Shown piece by piece: positions 17,302 to 26,986 of a stretch of DNA of 50,419 bases. Position 1 is the stretch's first letter. Every line of letters starts with the position of its first letter. The stretch comes from a virus. Position numbers and translations under genes: made by a program. Below the pieces are notes generated by a model. It was not told the origin of the DNA. It saw only the letters and a list, made by a program, of their open reading frames with translations, and ran no database searches. Where the stretch lies: the IMG/VR virus record IMGVR_UViG_3300045199_000074. The stretch is one strand, 5' to 3'.

Positions 17302-17455
17302 TAATTAACCGCCAATTCAGAGTTATTACCATTAAGCTAGCCTTTTAAAATTGGGTTCCGCAAGTGGGCAATGAAAATAAATCTGTATTTAAGCAAAAAT
17401 TTGACCTCTTATTAATTAACCGTCATGCTTTAATTTAGAAACTGGGGTCAAAACA

Positions 17456-18031
17456 ATGAATAAAGAAGTTCATGATTTGATTGAAAGCGTCAGATCCCTT
17501 GGGATTGAGCTTACTGGCAAGCCTGCGCCTAAGTGTATTCGTATTTCTGGTGATACAGGTGATTTTGCGGATAAACTGAAGCAGGTGCAGTTAGCGCTTG
17601 AAGCGGTTGATGCAAAAGGGGCAGCCTCTGATGGTAAGGACATTGATACCCCTGATGGTTTCAGTGATCCAGTTAAATTGCGTGCAGCTATTGATGGCTT
17701 GCTTCGTTTTGTTCAGGTGAAAGGCGATTTCCTTTCCGAGGCCGATGCTATCGTGCGTGATGCATTGAGTCTTGAACAACCAGAAAATTCAAAATCAAAT
17801 GGTGGGCTTCCATCGTTTACTCCTTCTCGTATGAAGAAGCGTCGAGGTACCTATAAGCCTCGACTTAATGTTTTTCCAGAACGGCCTGGTGAAGCTAGCT
17901 TGAACGACCTTAAAAAAATTGTTCACGAATTAGCTGTTACTGAAAGCTTGTTGGGGAAAACAATTGCTAAACCAGTCCAATCAGCGCACAGGTCTCAGGT
18001 AAAGGCATTCGGCAGGCCCCATGGTATGTGA
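17456..18031 (+). CDS. Hypothetical protein
   Basis: 191-aa ORF with upstream TTGACC-N17-CATGCT (from 17401) and a GGGG RBS. Confidence 0.7.
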   Translation: MNKEVHDLIESVRSLGIELTGKPAPKCIRISGDTGDFADKLKQVQLALEAVDAKGAASDGKDIDTPDGFSDPVKLRAAIDGLLRFVQVKGDFLSEADAIVRDALSLEQPENSKSNGGLPSFTPSRMKKRRGTYKPRLNVFPERPGEASLNDLKKIVHELAVTESLLGKTIAKPVQSAHRSQVKAFGRPHGM

Positions 18032-18032
18032 T

Positions 18033-18581
18033 TTAGCGCCGCCTTTTGTAAAATTCGATATCCATCATGGGAAGCATGGTTAAAAACGTAAATAAGGCTG
18101 AATATCCAATTCCTGTGATTGATGTCCAAATTGTTATGATTCCGCCAATAATTACGTATGGGAATTTCCAGGAAATATTAAATTTTGGATTGTTTGAATG
18201 GTCGGTTTCATTCAGGTCGCTTGTGCTGGTGTAATCTCTTTTTAGAAATTCGGGAATTTCTTGAACGACTTCGTTTTGCGCTACACTATGCGTAACTTCG
18301 ATTGGTGTGTTAATTGCTGCTTTGCTATTTATAGCGGTGTCGTTTAATAGCTGATCAAGAAGTCCTTTTACATCCATCATGTTTTCATCGACCAGCGATG
18401 TTTCGGATTCACGATGAATGGTATTGGGTTTTTGATTGATTGTTCTTGTTGGAAGCGACAGGGAATCAATTGATGTTGATTGAGCCTTCATTTCCAAAGC
18501 TTCTCTAACACCTTGTTCAGCTATTTCGAAATCTTCGTCGTCAAAGAGAGGCGAATTAAGGCTTCTGGACATGTACTTCAC
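18033..18581 (-). CDS. Hypothetical protein with a C-terminal membrane anchor
   Basis: Acidic, probably disordered N-terminus and hydrophobic C-terminal helices. Follows the ParA-like gene on the same strand. Confidence 0.65.
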   Translation of the reverse strand: MKYMSRSLNSPLFDDEDFEIAEQGVREALEMKAQSTSIDSLSLPTRTINQKPNTIHRESETSLVDENMMDVKGLLDQLLNDTAINSKAAINTPIEVTHSVAQNEVVQEIPEFLKRDYTSTSDLNETDHSNNPKFNISWKFPYVIIGGIITIWTSITGIGYSALFTFLTMLPMMDIEFYKRRR

Positions 18582-18597
18582 CTCTCTACTCTTGGTT

Positions 18598-19392
18598 TTA
18601 AACGGCGTCTGGGGACTGCAACAGTGGTTCCATGTTCTTCTGTGTCTGTTTGAGCCATTCCATCATTTTTCGCTTATGGACGCGTGTTGTAACCATGTCA
18701 AAACCAGCAGTCTTTGCGATCTTGTCTGATTCATGGACGATCTGAACCATATCGAGGTTCATTGCCTTTCCGTGTTCAAAAAGTCGGCTGTCGCAATAAG
18801 GGATTTCGATTACGGTTAGCTCGCCATGCTGCGCCATTCTCTGAATTTCCTTATAGCTTTCGCTATTGGTATATGGTTCAAAGCCACTATACCCAACCAT
18901 CTCATTGAGAACGATGTAATAATCTGCGCAAACACCAAGTGTATTGCGTGCATCGATAACTGCGGACAAGGCAGAACGAAGTGCTTGTTCATCGGGTGAA
19001 GCACATGCCACAAACTGGATGTGAATACCATCTTCGACAGCAAGTTGCGTGATGTCGCAATGCCGAATCCATGCCAGCAACGACGAGGTTACGTTCGCTC
19101 CGAGATCCGTCAATGACGCGCCCTTCGTCCATTCAATGTAAGCTGGATTAAAAAACGCTTCAGCTTGATGAGGGCGACGGCTGATGTCTTCTAGATCAGG
19201 CGTTGCTGACAGTGATACGTTAATACGATTTTTGCCTAGAACAGAAGACAATTTGCGCTGATTATCGACCTCGATAACTTGTAAAGGAAAACCTCCCTTA
19301 TCATAAATAAGAGTCATGATCTGAGCAATCATTGACTTCCCAACTCCGCCCTTGTCCGAGCCGATAATTGTGCTGATTTTTCTCTTGGTCAT
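18598..19392 (-). CDS. ParA/MinD-superfamily ATPase (StbB/TraL/MobD-like)
   Basis: Deviant Walker A SDKGGVGKS, IEVDNQ, LTDLGAN and IVLNE. Confidence 0.75.
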   Translation of the reverse strand: MTKRKISTIIGSDKGGVGKSMIAQIMTLIYDKGGFPLQVIEVDNQRKLSSVLGKNRINVSLSATPDLEDISRRPHQAEAFFNPAYIEWTKGASLTDLGANVTSSLLAWIRHCDITQLAVEDGIHIQFVACASPDEQALRSALSAVIDARNTLGVCADYYIVLNEMVGYSGFEPYTNSESYKEIQRMAQHGELTVIEIPYCDSRLFEHGKAMNLDMVQIVHESDKIAKTAGFDMVTTRVHKRKMMEWLKQTQKNMEPLLQSPDAV

Positions 19393-19555
19393 TATTTAAG
19401 TCCTCGGAATTTAATATTTCCTCAAAATTGTGCCTTACTGATTTTTCTTGTCAATGAAAAAATGTTGACGAATTTCATATAAACCAAGAAAAAAAGGATT
19501 ATTGCGGGAAATCGATATCACTCATACAATTTATTTAGATAATTAAGGAGTTTTT

Positions 19556-20410
19556 ATGCCTACAGTCGATTTTGGATCTGTTACATTGTCGGTAGATGTT
19601 GACCGGATTGAGGTATTCTTCCCATTTGAACATGGGGAGTTAAGGGGAATTTGCAAAAAATTTAAAGCGCATTTCAATGGTGAACGAAAATCTTGGGTTA
19701 TTATTCCGAGCTTAACAAAAAATTCCGAGGATAACATCGTTGATGCAATAGATAGAGAATTATGGTCTCACGCTCCTAAAGGTTGGCGGGATGCCGTTTC
19801 GAAATTTTCTGCTTTTGCATGTGTCTCAAAAAAATATGCTATTAAATTTGGCGCAGGCGGCCTTAGAATTAGCCTTCCAGCTGGGCACGTTGCAAACTGG
19901 ACGCTCCATGAAATGATGAAGCGTAAGGGGCGGCAGCCACGTGAGACGGTTTGGAATATTCCGGCCCGTGATGCTAATTCTAAGATTGTTATGCCTCTAA
20001 TTAAGCGCATGGCTGACGAAGATAAAGCTGAATATCATAAAGCTACTGACCCTTATGCTGGTAGAACAACTAAGGGAACATTGCATATTTTGCCTGAAGA
20101 AGCCGACAAACTCGGACTGATTGTTGGCGATACAGTTTTTGCCGAGTTCTCGTTTGTAAAAGCGGCTGATCCCACAATTGTTCCGATGCCGATACATTGT
20201 TGGCCTTTTCTGGTCACTTCCCGCAATGATAAGCCTGGTCAAGGTTATGAGGATTTAGAGTATGGGGTAGAAGTTACGTTGACATACCCTGAATCAGGCA
20301 AAGGTCATTCAGCTGTTCGAAAGATGATGGCTGTAGACGGCGAAGGATATCCACGGAGATTGGATGCTCCAGATGTTCTCGGCAAATGGCATTCGAGAAA
20401 TAAACGCTAG
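19556..20410 (+). CDS. Hypothetical protein with a HARP/DUF5710-like N-terminal motif
   Basis: IEVFFPF...ICKKFKAHFNGERKSWVI. Strong AAGGAG RBS. Confidence 0.6.
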   Translation: MPTVDFGSVTLSVDVDRIEVFFPFEHGELRGICKKFKAHFNGERKSWVIIPSLTKNSEDNIVDAIDRELWSHAPKGWRDAVSKFSAFACVSKKYAIKFGAGGLRISLPAGHVANWTLHEMMKRKGRQPRETVWNIPARDANSKIVMPLIKRMADEDKAEYHKATDPYAGRTTKGTLHILPEEADKLGLIVGDTVFAEFSFVKAADPTIVPMPIHCWPFLVTSRNDKPGQGYEDLEYGVEVTLTYPESGKGHSAVRKMMAVDGEGYPRRLDAPDVLGKWHSRNKR

Positions 20411-20415
20411 TAACA

Positions 20416-20461
20416 TTAAGGCATCAAATCTCCGGAATTCAGGTTGTATTTGATGCCTTAA
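20416..20461. terminator. Bidirectional terminator
   Basis: TTAAGGCATCAAAT-N18-ATTTGATGCCTTAA between convergent genes. Confidence 0.7.
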
Positions 20462-20469
20462 ACGTTCGT

Positions 20470-23400
20470 CTAGAATGGTATCATTTCATCTTCTGTATCA
20501 AATGCCATTATTTGGAATTCTCTTAGACCGTCATCGGTTGCCGCTGCGGCGTTTTCATAGCTCTCATTGGTGTTTACGCCTGTCTCTGCATGAACAATAG
20601 CTGCCTCCGCTCCCAGGTCATTTTTCTCAGGCTTATCCTTGCCGAGAGAAGTCCATAACTTTGATATTGCCAATCGAGTTTCAGCTTCGATCAGGCTGAT
20701 AATTCCTTCCTGAGGCCCTTTCTTGCTATTCTCATATGTTATGCCGCTTGGAACCGACACAGGAACCTGTCGATTACGAAGATTATTGGCGCGCAGGTGC
20801 GCTATGGCTTCTGCAGGCGTGGTCATCAGGATTGCGATGGCGCTTTCAATGGCGTTGCTTTGCTCAATTTTACGACGGTTATCCAGGGTACCGAGTGCGT
20901 CTTCGATTTTATCAACTTTACGACCCATAGCGAGCGTTTGTGGCAATGGCGTCGACAATTGTTCTAGAGAAACAAGGGAACTCTCCATGTGCTTCTCCAA
21001 AGCGTTACGTAACGCTTCCTCTCGTTCCTTTAGGTCAGCCCTAACGAATGAATGTCCGCTCTCACCAGACTTTGTTTTCCAGCGATATGCAACGATACCC
21101 CAAGCAATGCGTTGATCGATATCTCCTGTTTTGTCATTCATTCCCATCTTCTTCATGAATTCGCAGACACGCTCACGTGTAGCGAACAGATCATCACAAA
21201 TGTCTGTGGCGATGCGGGAATCCAATATGCCGTGTGATCGTCTCATGGCTTCCCATACAGAACCCGTATTCGCTTTTATTAGGTCATCCATATTGATCAA
21301 ATCATCAACGATGACTTCTTCAGGGATTACTGACGATAGGCTGAACCATATTGGAGCCATTCCTTCACGATACACTGGGCGAAGGCGACCAAGAAACTGA
21401 AGAAGTTCTTCTTCTCGATACTGACGCTGGATCATCCGGCCCCATTTTCCAGGGAACATTGGTACAGGCATGTTGATATCGTGTCCTGAACGCATTTTAA
21501 CCCGCTGTGTTCCTGTAGGTATGCGAAGAGGTTGATTATCGCGTCCTAGTCCAGTTCCAAGACTGTCGAATGGCTTTTCTGGTTCGTCATCATCATAGGT
21601 CAACGATGCAACCAGACCATCAAGAGTACGAACTGGAAGCTCCATTCTGCCAATTGAGATTGCTGCTGAATGGTATTTTGCAAAGTCTAGCCCGCGCATA
21701 GCGCCAAAATGGCACCAATCAACATTATGTGGTCCTTCCCAAGCCGTATTAACCGCTTTTCGAACGAGTATTGATCCGCCAGCGACCGTTCTGCTCCAGC
21801 CGTATAGCGCTGATATTGAACTAATTGCTCTACGAATGTTGGTTAGAATTCTAGCGGATGACTGTTTCTCTTGAGCAGACGCACTGGGTGCAGCAATTAC
21901 GGAAGAATTCGAATAAGTGCGATCAGCGATTGCAACTGTTCTCACATTAAGTGCGGCTGGAATGTCGTGAACCTGAACATCCTTTCCAGACCAGATTTTA
22001 CTGATCATTGCAGGAGCTGCAGAAGCATCAAGGAGCAACATCGGGCGGTTTACCCAATTTGGAGTGTCACGCCATGAAATGCGAATTTTTGGATGTGGTT
22101 CACCGTTGGAACGTACATCTTCCACATATTGAATCCGGTAATCTTTTTCGCCCTTGGTTTTTCGTTTGAAATTTGGGCTAAGACGCTCATTCTGATATTC
22201 TTCGAGGCGCATGAGATAGCGTTCCTCGACGATTTTCCAAAATCTATGTTCTTCACGAACCTGCACGCCTGTTGGCTGGGAGCAAAGCTCTCTCAACTGC
22301 TCCATGTCAATTTCTGGAGTGATATCTCCATCGCGCTGAAGGGAAGCACCGCATGTCCGCAGTGCAGCTTTGATCCACGTGTAGACCCGCTCTGTCTCAA
22401 TTCGTCTTGCTTCTGGCTTCATCTTTTCAGGGAGATTTTTGATAATCTCCAGTTGCACCTTCAATAGTTCCTCTGCGGGGTCCTTGTTGGTCAGTAATGC
22501 ACGGTTTACGACGCCTGCGGCCTTTAAACGTAATGGGTTGAACGTTGTTGGGTCTTCCCCTGCTTCTTTCTCTTTCTTCGTCAATTTTGGAGGCTTACGA
22601 GGAGACGTGAAGATGTCGAGATCAAACTCGGTGGTATGTAGAAATAGATGATGGATACGTTCGTCGGCAACAACGGCTCGAACGTGTTTCAATTCATCTG
22701 GAATGTTTAGAGCTAGAAAAGCGTGCGGCAGGAAGACGACATGCGAATTTTGAATTTGCTCTTTCTGCGTGATAGCTGGACACCCCTCGTAGTATGGGCA
22801 AAATTTGGTGTCCATGATTGTTTTGCCGTTTTCATCCTTATCCTTGGTTGGAATTTCTGCCTTGCATAGACGTGACGTCCCCATGCCAGCGGCCATCGCG
22901 ATTTCCATTTTCTCCTTCATCTCGCAACCAGCACGAAGCTTGCCTTGGTAAAGCATGGTCGTGAGTCCGGCATTCTTTGCATCGCGCCGAAGTTCTTTAA
23001 GTTTGCCTTCGAGAGCATCAATGTGAATGAGACCTAGTGCTTCTGCCTGAGCACGAAGGTCTTCATCATTCAGGTCTGGATCAAGGTTAAGAACTTCAGA
23101 TCTGCTCTTCAATTCTTCAATATTGTCATATGTAGGCAAAAGAAATAGAACAGGGCATCGACCTTGATGCTCAATTTCTCCGTCTGATCCGTAGATTGTA
23201 TAATCATCCTTGGTGCGCTTATCTTCTGCTACGAATGATATACCGCGAGAAGTTTTACCTGCTCCCGTAGGAGCCTTCAGGATATGGATACGCGTATCAC
23301 GTCGATCCATATCGTAAACTTCATCCCAGAAGCTGTTGAATGCTTTTAAAAGGCCGTCTTGAACGGTTTTTGCAATACGAGTTCGGTCTTCTTCGATTTT

Positions 23401-24777
23401 GCGACTTTCGAAGGCTTCCTCATTATATTCGAGGACTTCGATTTTCATTGGACGTCTTTGGTTAGGAGTGTTCGGATTGAAATTGAACGCAGTAGGATCC
23501 ACGAATGGTGGAAGGAAATCCAATGAATCGCCGTCAGGATTTCTTGGTTGTGCTGGAACGTAATCGCGAGCGGTGGCTGCGATGATATAATCGCCCTGGC
23601 TGTCACGAACTGGTACGAATGGCTGAATCTGGCCTGCCTTCATTTTATCTGCAGTACGATTAACCTTGGATTTGGCTTCACGGATAAGGTTGTTGCCTTT
23701 CCATCGACCGGAACATTCCGCAGTTTCAATGAACTGTTGGACGACAATCTTGACGAGTGTCTCCCTGCCCTGTGGTGTCGTGGACGTTCCGGGGTTAGCC
23801 GTAACAATGCGGAAGGCTAGACGAGTTAGATAGGCTTCACGACCATCAACGACTTTGCCTTCTTTGTCTTCTGTCCAGTCCTTTGCGCCAGCGGAAGAAC
23901 GGATTTTAGGGACGTTGATCTGTGCGTTTTCATCCCATTCCCATGTCGCTATTGTTCCATCAAATGAGGCTGACTTGGAAAACTGCCGAAGGCTATCAAC
24001 AGCGTCAAAAAAGTCGTTGATCTGTTGAGATGTGACCAAAGGAGCGTCTTCAGGACCAAAGAATTGTGGGTTAGCGTCAAGCCATTGGAAATAGCGACCT
24101 GTCTTGTGGTGCTTACCGAAGAAGGTCATTGGCTTGCCGTGAGAGATAACTTCGAGACCTTGATCGACGCTGTCTGGATTCTCCGGCGTTTCGAAAGGTA
24201 CAAACTTCGGCGATCTATTTGGAACTTCGTCTTCCGGTGCATGACGATAAACGAGTGCAATCTTTGGCCAATTACCAATACGTCGGAATGGTGTGTAGCC
24301 GAACATTTTATCGGCTAGTTCCTGAACCATTCGGCTTAGCTCTGGCTCTACGATATCGACGTCGAGTACCAGTGTATCGCCACTGCCTGAACCAAGGACA
24401 ACAGCAACGTTCAGGGCAGCGCACTGTGCCGTCCATTTATCAAGCGCTGCATCTGTTGGTAACTGCGTAGCAAGCTTATGGTCTTCTGACCATTTAATCA
24501 TTCGACCGTCAACTGTTCCAGGTCTACGATTGCCGTCAATTTCCTGCGGGAACACGGACCAGCCAGTTTTGACCATGTCTCGTGCAACCGCACCAAAGAT
24601 TGATTCATTCGGGCGATACATATGTTCGACCGCTTTTTCAAATTCTTTGTCAGCATCGGTGGCAATGGTTGCGATTAGTTCTTCTGGAAACTCAGTGTCA
24701 TCAAACATGGGTATAATCTCGTCGAGATTATTATCATCGAACGCATCATCAAAACCCATGTTGAAATTATCGGCCAT
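20470..24777 (-). CDS. Bifunctional DNA primase/polymerase (Prim-Pol) fused to an SF2-like helicase
   Basis: AEP Prim-Pol motifs GWSVFP, NVAVVLG..SG.TLVLDVD. Helicase motifs KAPTGAGKT, VVADER, LLDASA and QFLGRLR. Four Cys between Walker A and Walker B. Confidence 0.8.
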   Translation of the reverse strand: MADNFNMGFDDAFDDNNLDEIIPMFDDTEFPEELIATIATDADKEFEKAVEHMYRPNESIFGAVARDMVKTGWSVFPQEIDGNRRPGTVDGRMIKWSEDHKLATQLPTDAALDKWTAQCAALNVAVVLGSGSGDTLVLDVDIVEPELSRMVQELADKMFGYTPFRRIGNWPKIALVYRHAPEDEVPNRSPKFVPFETPENPDSVDQGLEVISHGKPMTFFGKHHKTGRYFQWLDANPQFFGPEDAPLVTSQQINDFFDAVDSLRQFSKSASFDGTIATWEWDENAQINVPKIRSSAGAKDWTEDKEGKVVDGREAYLTRLAFRIVTANPGTSTTPQGRETLVKIVVQQFIETAECSGRWKGNNLIREAKSKVNRTADKMKAGQIQPFVPVRDSQGDYIIAATARDYVPAQPRNPDGDSLDFLPPFVDPTAFNFNPNTPNQRRPMKIEVLEYNEEAFESRKIEEDRTRIAKTVQDGLLKAFNSFWDEVYDMDRRDTRIHILKAPTGAGKTSRGISFVAEDKRTKDDYTIYGSDGEIEHQGRCPVLFLLPTYDNIEELKSRSEVLNLDPDLNDEDLRAQAEALGLIHIDALEGKLKELRRDAKNAGLTTMLYQGKLRAGCEMKEKMEIAMAAGMGTSRLCKAEIPTKDKDENGKTIMDTKFCPYYEGCPAITQKEQIQNSHVVFLPHAFLALNIPDELKHVRAVVADERIHHLFLHTTEFDLDIFTSPRKPPKLTKKEKEAGEDPTTFNPLRLKAAGVVNRALLTNKDPAEELLKVQLEIIKNLPEKMKPEARRIETERVYTWIKAALRTCGASLQRDGDITPEIDMEQLRELCSQPTGVQVREEHRFWKIVEERYLMRLEEYQNERLSPNFKRKTKGEKDYRIQYVEDVRSNGEPHPKIRISWRDTPNWVNRPMLLLDASAAPAMISKIWSGKDVQVHDIPAALNVRTVAIADRTYSNSSVIAAPSASAQEKQSSARILTNIRRAISSISALYGWSRTVAGGSILVRKAVNTAWEGPHNVDWCHFGAMRGLDFAKYHSAAISIGRMELPVRTLDGLVASLTYDDDEPEKPFDSLGTGLGRDNQPLRIPTGTQRVKMRSGHDINMPVPMFPGKWGRMIQRQYREEELLQFLGRLRPVYREGMAPIWFSLSSVIPEEVIVDDLINMDDLIKANTGSVWEAMRRSHGILDSRIATDICDDLFATRERVCEFMKKMGMNDKTGDIDQRIAWGIVAYRWKTKSGESGHSFVRADLKEREEALRNALEKHMESSLVSLEQLSTPLPQTLAMGRKVDKIEDALGTLDNRRKIEQSNAIESAIAILMTTPAEAIAHLRANNLRNRQVPVSVPSGITYENSKKGPQEGIISLIEAETRLAISKLWTSLGKDKPEKNDLGAEAAIVHAETGVNTNESYENAAAATDDGLREFQIMAFDTEDEMIPF

Positions 24778-24913
24778 TAAAAATAACTCTCCATATTTAC
24801 GCTTAATAAATGTCCAATTAAAGCTTGATTGTCAACATTTTCCCTTTAATAATTATTGAGTTTTTCGGGGATTAATTAATAATGCCTTAGAGTGAAGCCT
24901 AGTGGAAGTTGGA

Positions 24914-25495
24914 ATGTCAGGAACAGGTGATTCAATTTGGGATGATGATACGTGGGATGTTGACTGCCCACCGTCTGTGCCTATGGAATTATGGGAAATG
25001 GTTCCTGAAAATTATCGCCGTGAATTTATTATTGAAGCGGCATTCGCTCTTCGGCGTGGGATTCATCCTGTCGATACTTTTGAAGAAATGCTTGAGGAAA
25101 AAGGCGTTATAATTCAAAGAGATATAAAGAATGCAATACCTGATTTTGAACTTGATGAGCCAGCTCGACCATCAGGACGAATGAGTTTTGGTGCCTCGAA
25201 AAAATCCGCCGATAAAGAAATCACGCGGCCAGTAGCTCCAGTTCCAATGAAACGACAAGAGGTGACGGCTGATAAAAACAGTGCGGCTGCTAAATTGTGG
25301 CCATCTAAAGTGGATAATAAACCTGCCTTGTCTCGCCCCATAATTCCGCTTGGTATAAATAAGCCTCAAAATAAATCTGGTTTTAATCATCAATCAATAA
25401 ATAAAAACAATAATTCTTTACGGCCTTCCCGTATTGGTTTGAGTTCCAATTTAAACAAGCAGATAATTGTTGACGATATCGGTGACACGTTCTGA
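24914..25495 (+). CDS. Hypothetical protein
   Basis: Divergent from the Prim-Pol gene, with an acidic N-terminus and a low-complexity C-terminus. Start uncertain (24902 or 24914). Confidence 0.6.
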   Translation: MSGTGDSIWDDDTWDVDCPPSVPMELWEMVPENYRREFIIEAAFALRRGIHPVDTFEEMLEEKGVIIQRDIKNAIPDFELDEPARPSGRMSFGASKKSADKEITRPVAPVPMKRQEVTADKNSAAAKLWPSKVDNKPALSRPIIPLGINKPQNKSGFNHQSINKNNNSLRPSRIGLSSNLNKQIIVDDIGDTF

Positions 25496-25506
25496 AGGAT
25501 GTTCCA

Positions 25507-26079
25507 ATGAAAATAAAAAAGCTTGGATTTGGTTTTCTTATAATTTTCATTGCAGGCTGTTCACTTGGAATGGAACACCCGTCGCCTTCTGTAAATGTCG
25601 GCCCCTCGGCGCAGAGCCTCGATGCTGACTGGAAGCCATATCAGGCAGCTGACAGACCTAAGAATAATTTGGTGTCAGATAAGGGGCAATGGAATGGAGA
25701 TTCTGCTTGGAAATATCCGCCAGCCGCATCCTCCGAGCGCAATGATCTTATGGTCAAGCCTGTTGCTGATATGGAAAGTAAGCCTCTTCCGGAAGTCTCA
25801 AATCAGACAGTGTCTGGCGGTTTTCCTAATGTGGCGTCTTCGACCTCTCTTTGGGTCGATCAGTATGTCCCTGCTGTCATGAGAGAAGATTTTGATCGAG
25901 CGGCCAAGGAAGCTTCTTATCGTGGTTCTTCGGTCCTTGTAGATGAAGAAACAGGCAATCATTTTGTCATGAGCAGAGTTTGGCAAGCTGGCAAGTGTTC
26001 CGGTATTGATATCAATCTTATGTCACCAGGTGGAAAACTTCCCGTGATTTCAAGGGGTAGTACTGAAATCTGCTCATAG
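25507..26079 (+). CDS. Putative lipoprotein
   Basis: MKIKKLGFGFLIIFIAGC lipobox. Confidence 0.75.
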   Translation: MKIKKLGFGFLIIFIAGCSLGMEHPSPSVNVGPSAQSLDADWKPYQAADRPKNNLVSDKGQWNGDSAWKYPPAASSERNDLMVKPVADMESKPLPEVSNQTVSGGFPNVASSTSLWVDQYVPAVMREDFDRAAKEASYRGSSVLVDEETGNHFVMSRVWQAGKCSGIDINLMSPGGKLPVISRGSTEICS

Positions 26080-26157
26080 CTAACAATTTAACATCTTGTT
26101 TGTTTCGCAAAGCGATGAGTTGATAATATCAGAAAATGATAGTTTGCGAGGAGCTGC

Positions 26158-26538
26158 ATGATACGAACTGATGGTCCATATGTGATCGAGCACGGCGATG
26201 TCTGGTTTCGAGAAGGTTCGAGAACGATCCTGAGTACGGGTCTGCGCCATGTATGTGATGGCAGCGGCGAACTGGCTATCGCTTACGCAGGCGACGTCAT
26301 GTTGCACATGGGCAGCGCCCAATCTGTCGACGCTTGGTTCAATAAGAAGGGCGCGCAGTATATGCTGATTGAGGTTAGCGACCCCGTGGAAATCGTTCGC
26401 TTCCCTGTCTGCGATGAAACTGTCGCTGAGATGAACCGGATGTCGGCAAACCCCAATCGAGTTTCTATTCTGTTCGACACATTGACAAAAATCGGAGAGG
26501 CGCGGCCGGACTTGCTCGATAGGCCTCCTTCGTTTTAA
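26158..26538 (+). CDS. Hypothetical protein
   Basis: 126 aa with a strong GAGGAG RBS. Confidence 0.7.
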   Translation: MIRTDGPYVIEHGDVWFREGSRTILSTGLRHVCDGSGELAIAYAGDVMLHMGSAQSVDAWFNKKGAQYMLIEVSDPVEIVRFPVCDETVAEMNRMSANPNRVSILFDTLTKIGEARPDLLDRPPSF

Positions 26539-26567
26539 TGAAGTGAGGTTTCCTCGCGAGGTTCTTT

Positions 26568-26915
26568 ATGCGTCTCCGTAAATTTCAGGATTTTGTCGAT
26601 AGTGATTTTTTCAATCGCTCAGAGTGGGTTAAAGAATTTGGCGTCCGGATTTATGTACGCAAACCAGTCAGCGCTCTTCATTCAGCAGATTTTGAAATTG
26701 CGAATATAGAGGCTGACAATCCAGGTAGGGGTAATCTCACCAAATTCTTGAATGAGTATGAGCCAAAATATAGCTTCTTGTATGAGAACGTTATGAATGA
26801 ACGTTTGTTGGCGTATCTTGTCCGACGCGGGTATCGTCAAATTGAAAAGGCCGATGGCCTTGGTTTTCCTACATTAATCCATGCTAGTTGTTGGCATTAT
26901 AAGGACAACGGCTAA
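26568..26915 (+). CDS. Hypothetical protein with a GNAT-like motif
   Basis: FEIANIEA..PGRGNLT resembles acetyl-CoA motif A. Also ENVMNERL..YLVRRGY. Confidence 0.5.
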   Translation: MRLRKFQDFVDSDFFNRSEWVKEFGVRIYVRKPVSALHSADFEIANIEADNPGRGNLTKFLNEYEPKYSFLYENVMNERLLAYLVRRGYRQIEKADGLGFPTLIHASCWHYKDNG

Positions 26916-26942
26916 GAATTTTTGTGATAAATCTAAAATGAT

Positions 26943-26974
26943 AAAGACCCGTAAAGGTAGCCTTTCGGGTCTTT
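26943..26974. terminator. Bidirectional intrinsic terminator
   Basis: AAAGACCCG-taaagg-tag-ccttt-CGGGTCTTT with A/T flanks, between convergent genes. Confidence 0.75.
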
Positions 26975-26986
26975 TATTTGCAATTG

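Noticed and set aside
20723-24859. Multiple short plus-strand ORFs opposite the Prim-Pol gene, and similar short antisense ORFs elsewhere in the track
   Set aside because: They are antisense shadows of long, motif-supported genes and have no independent evidence.
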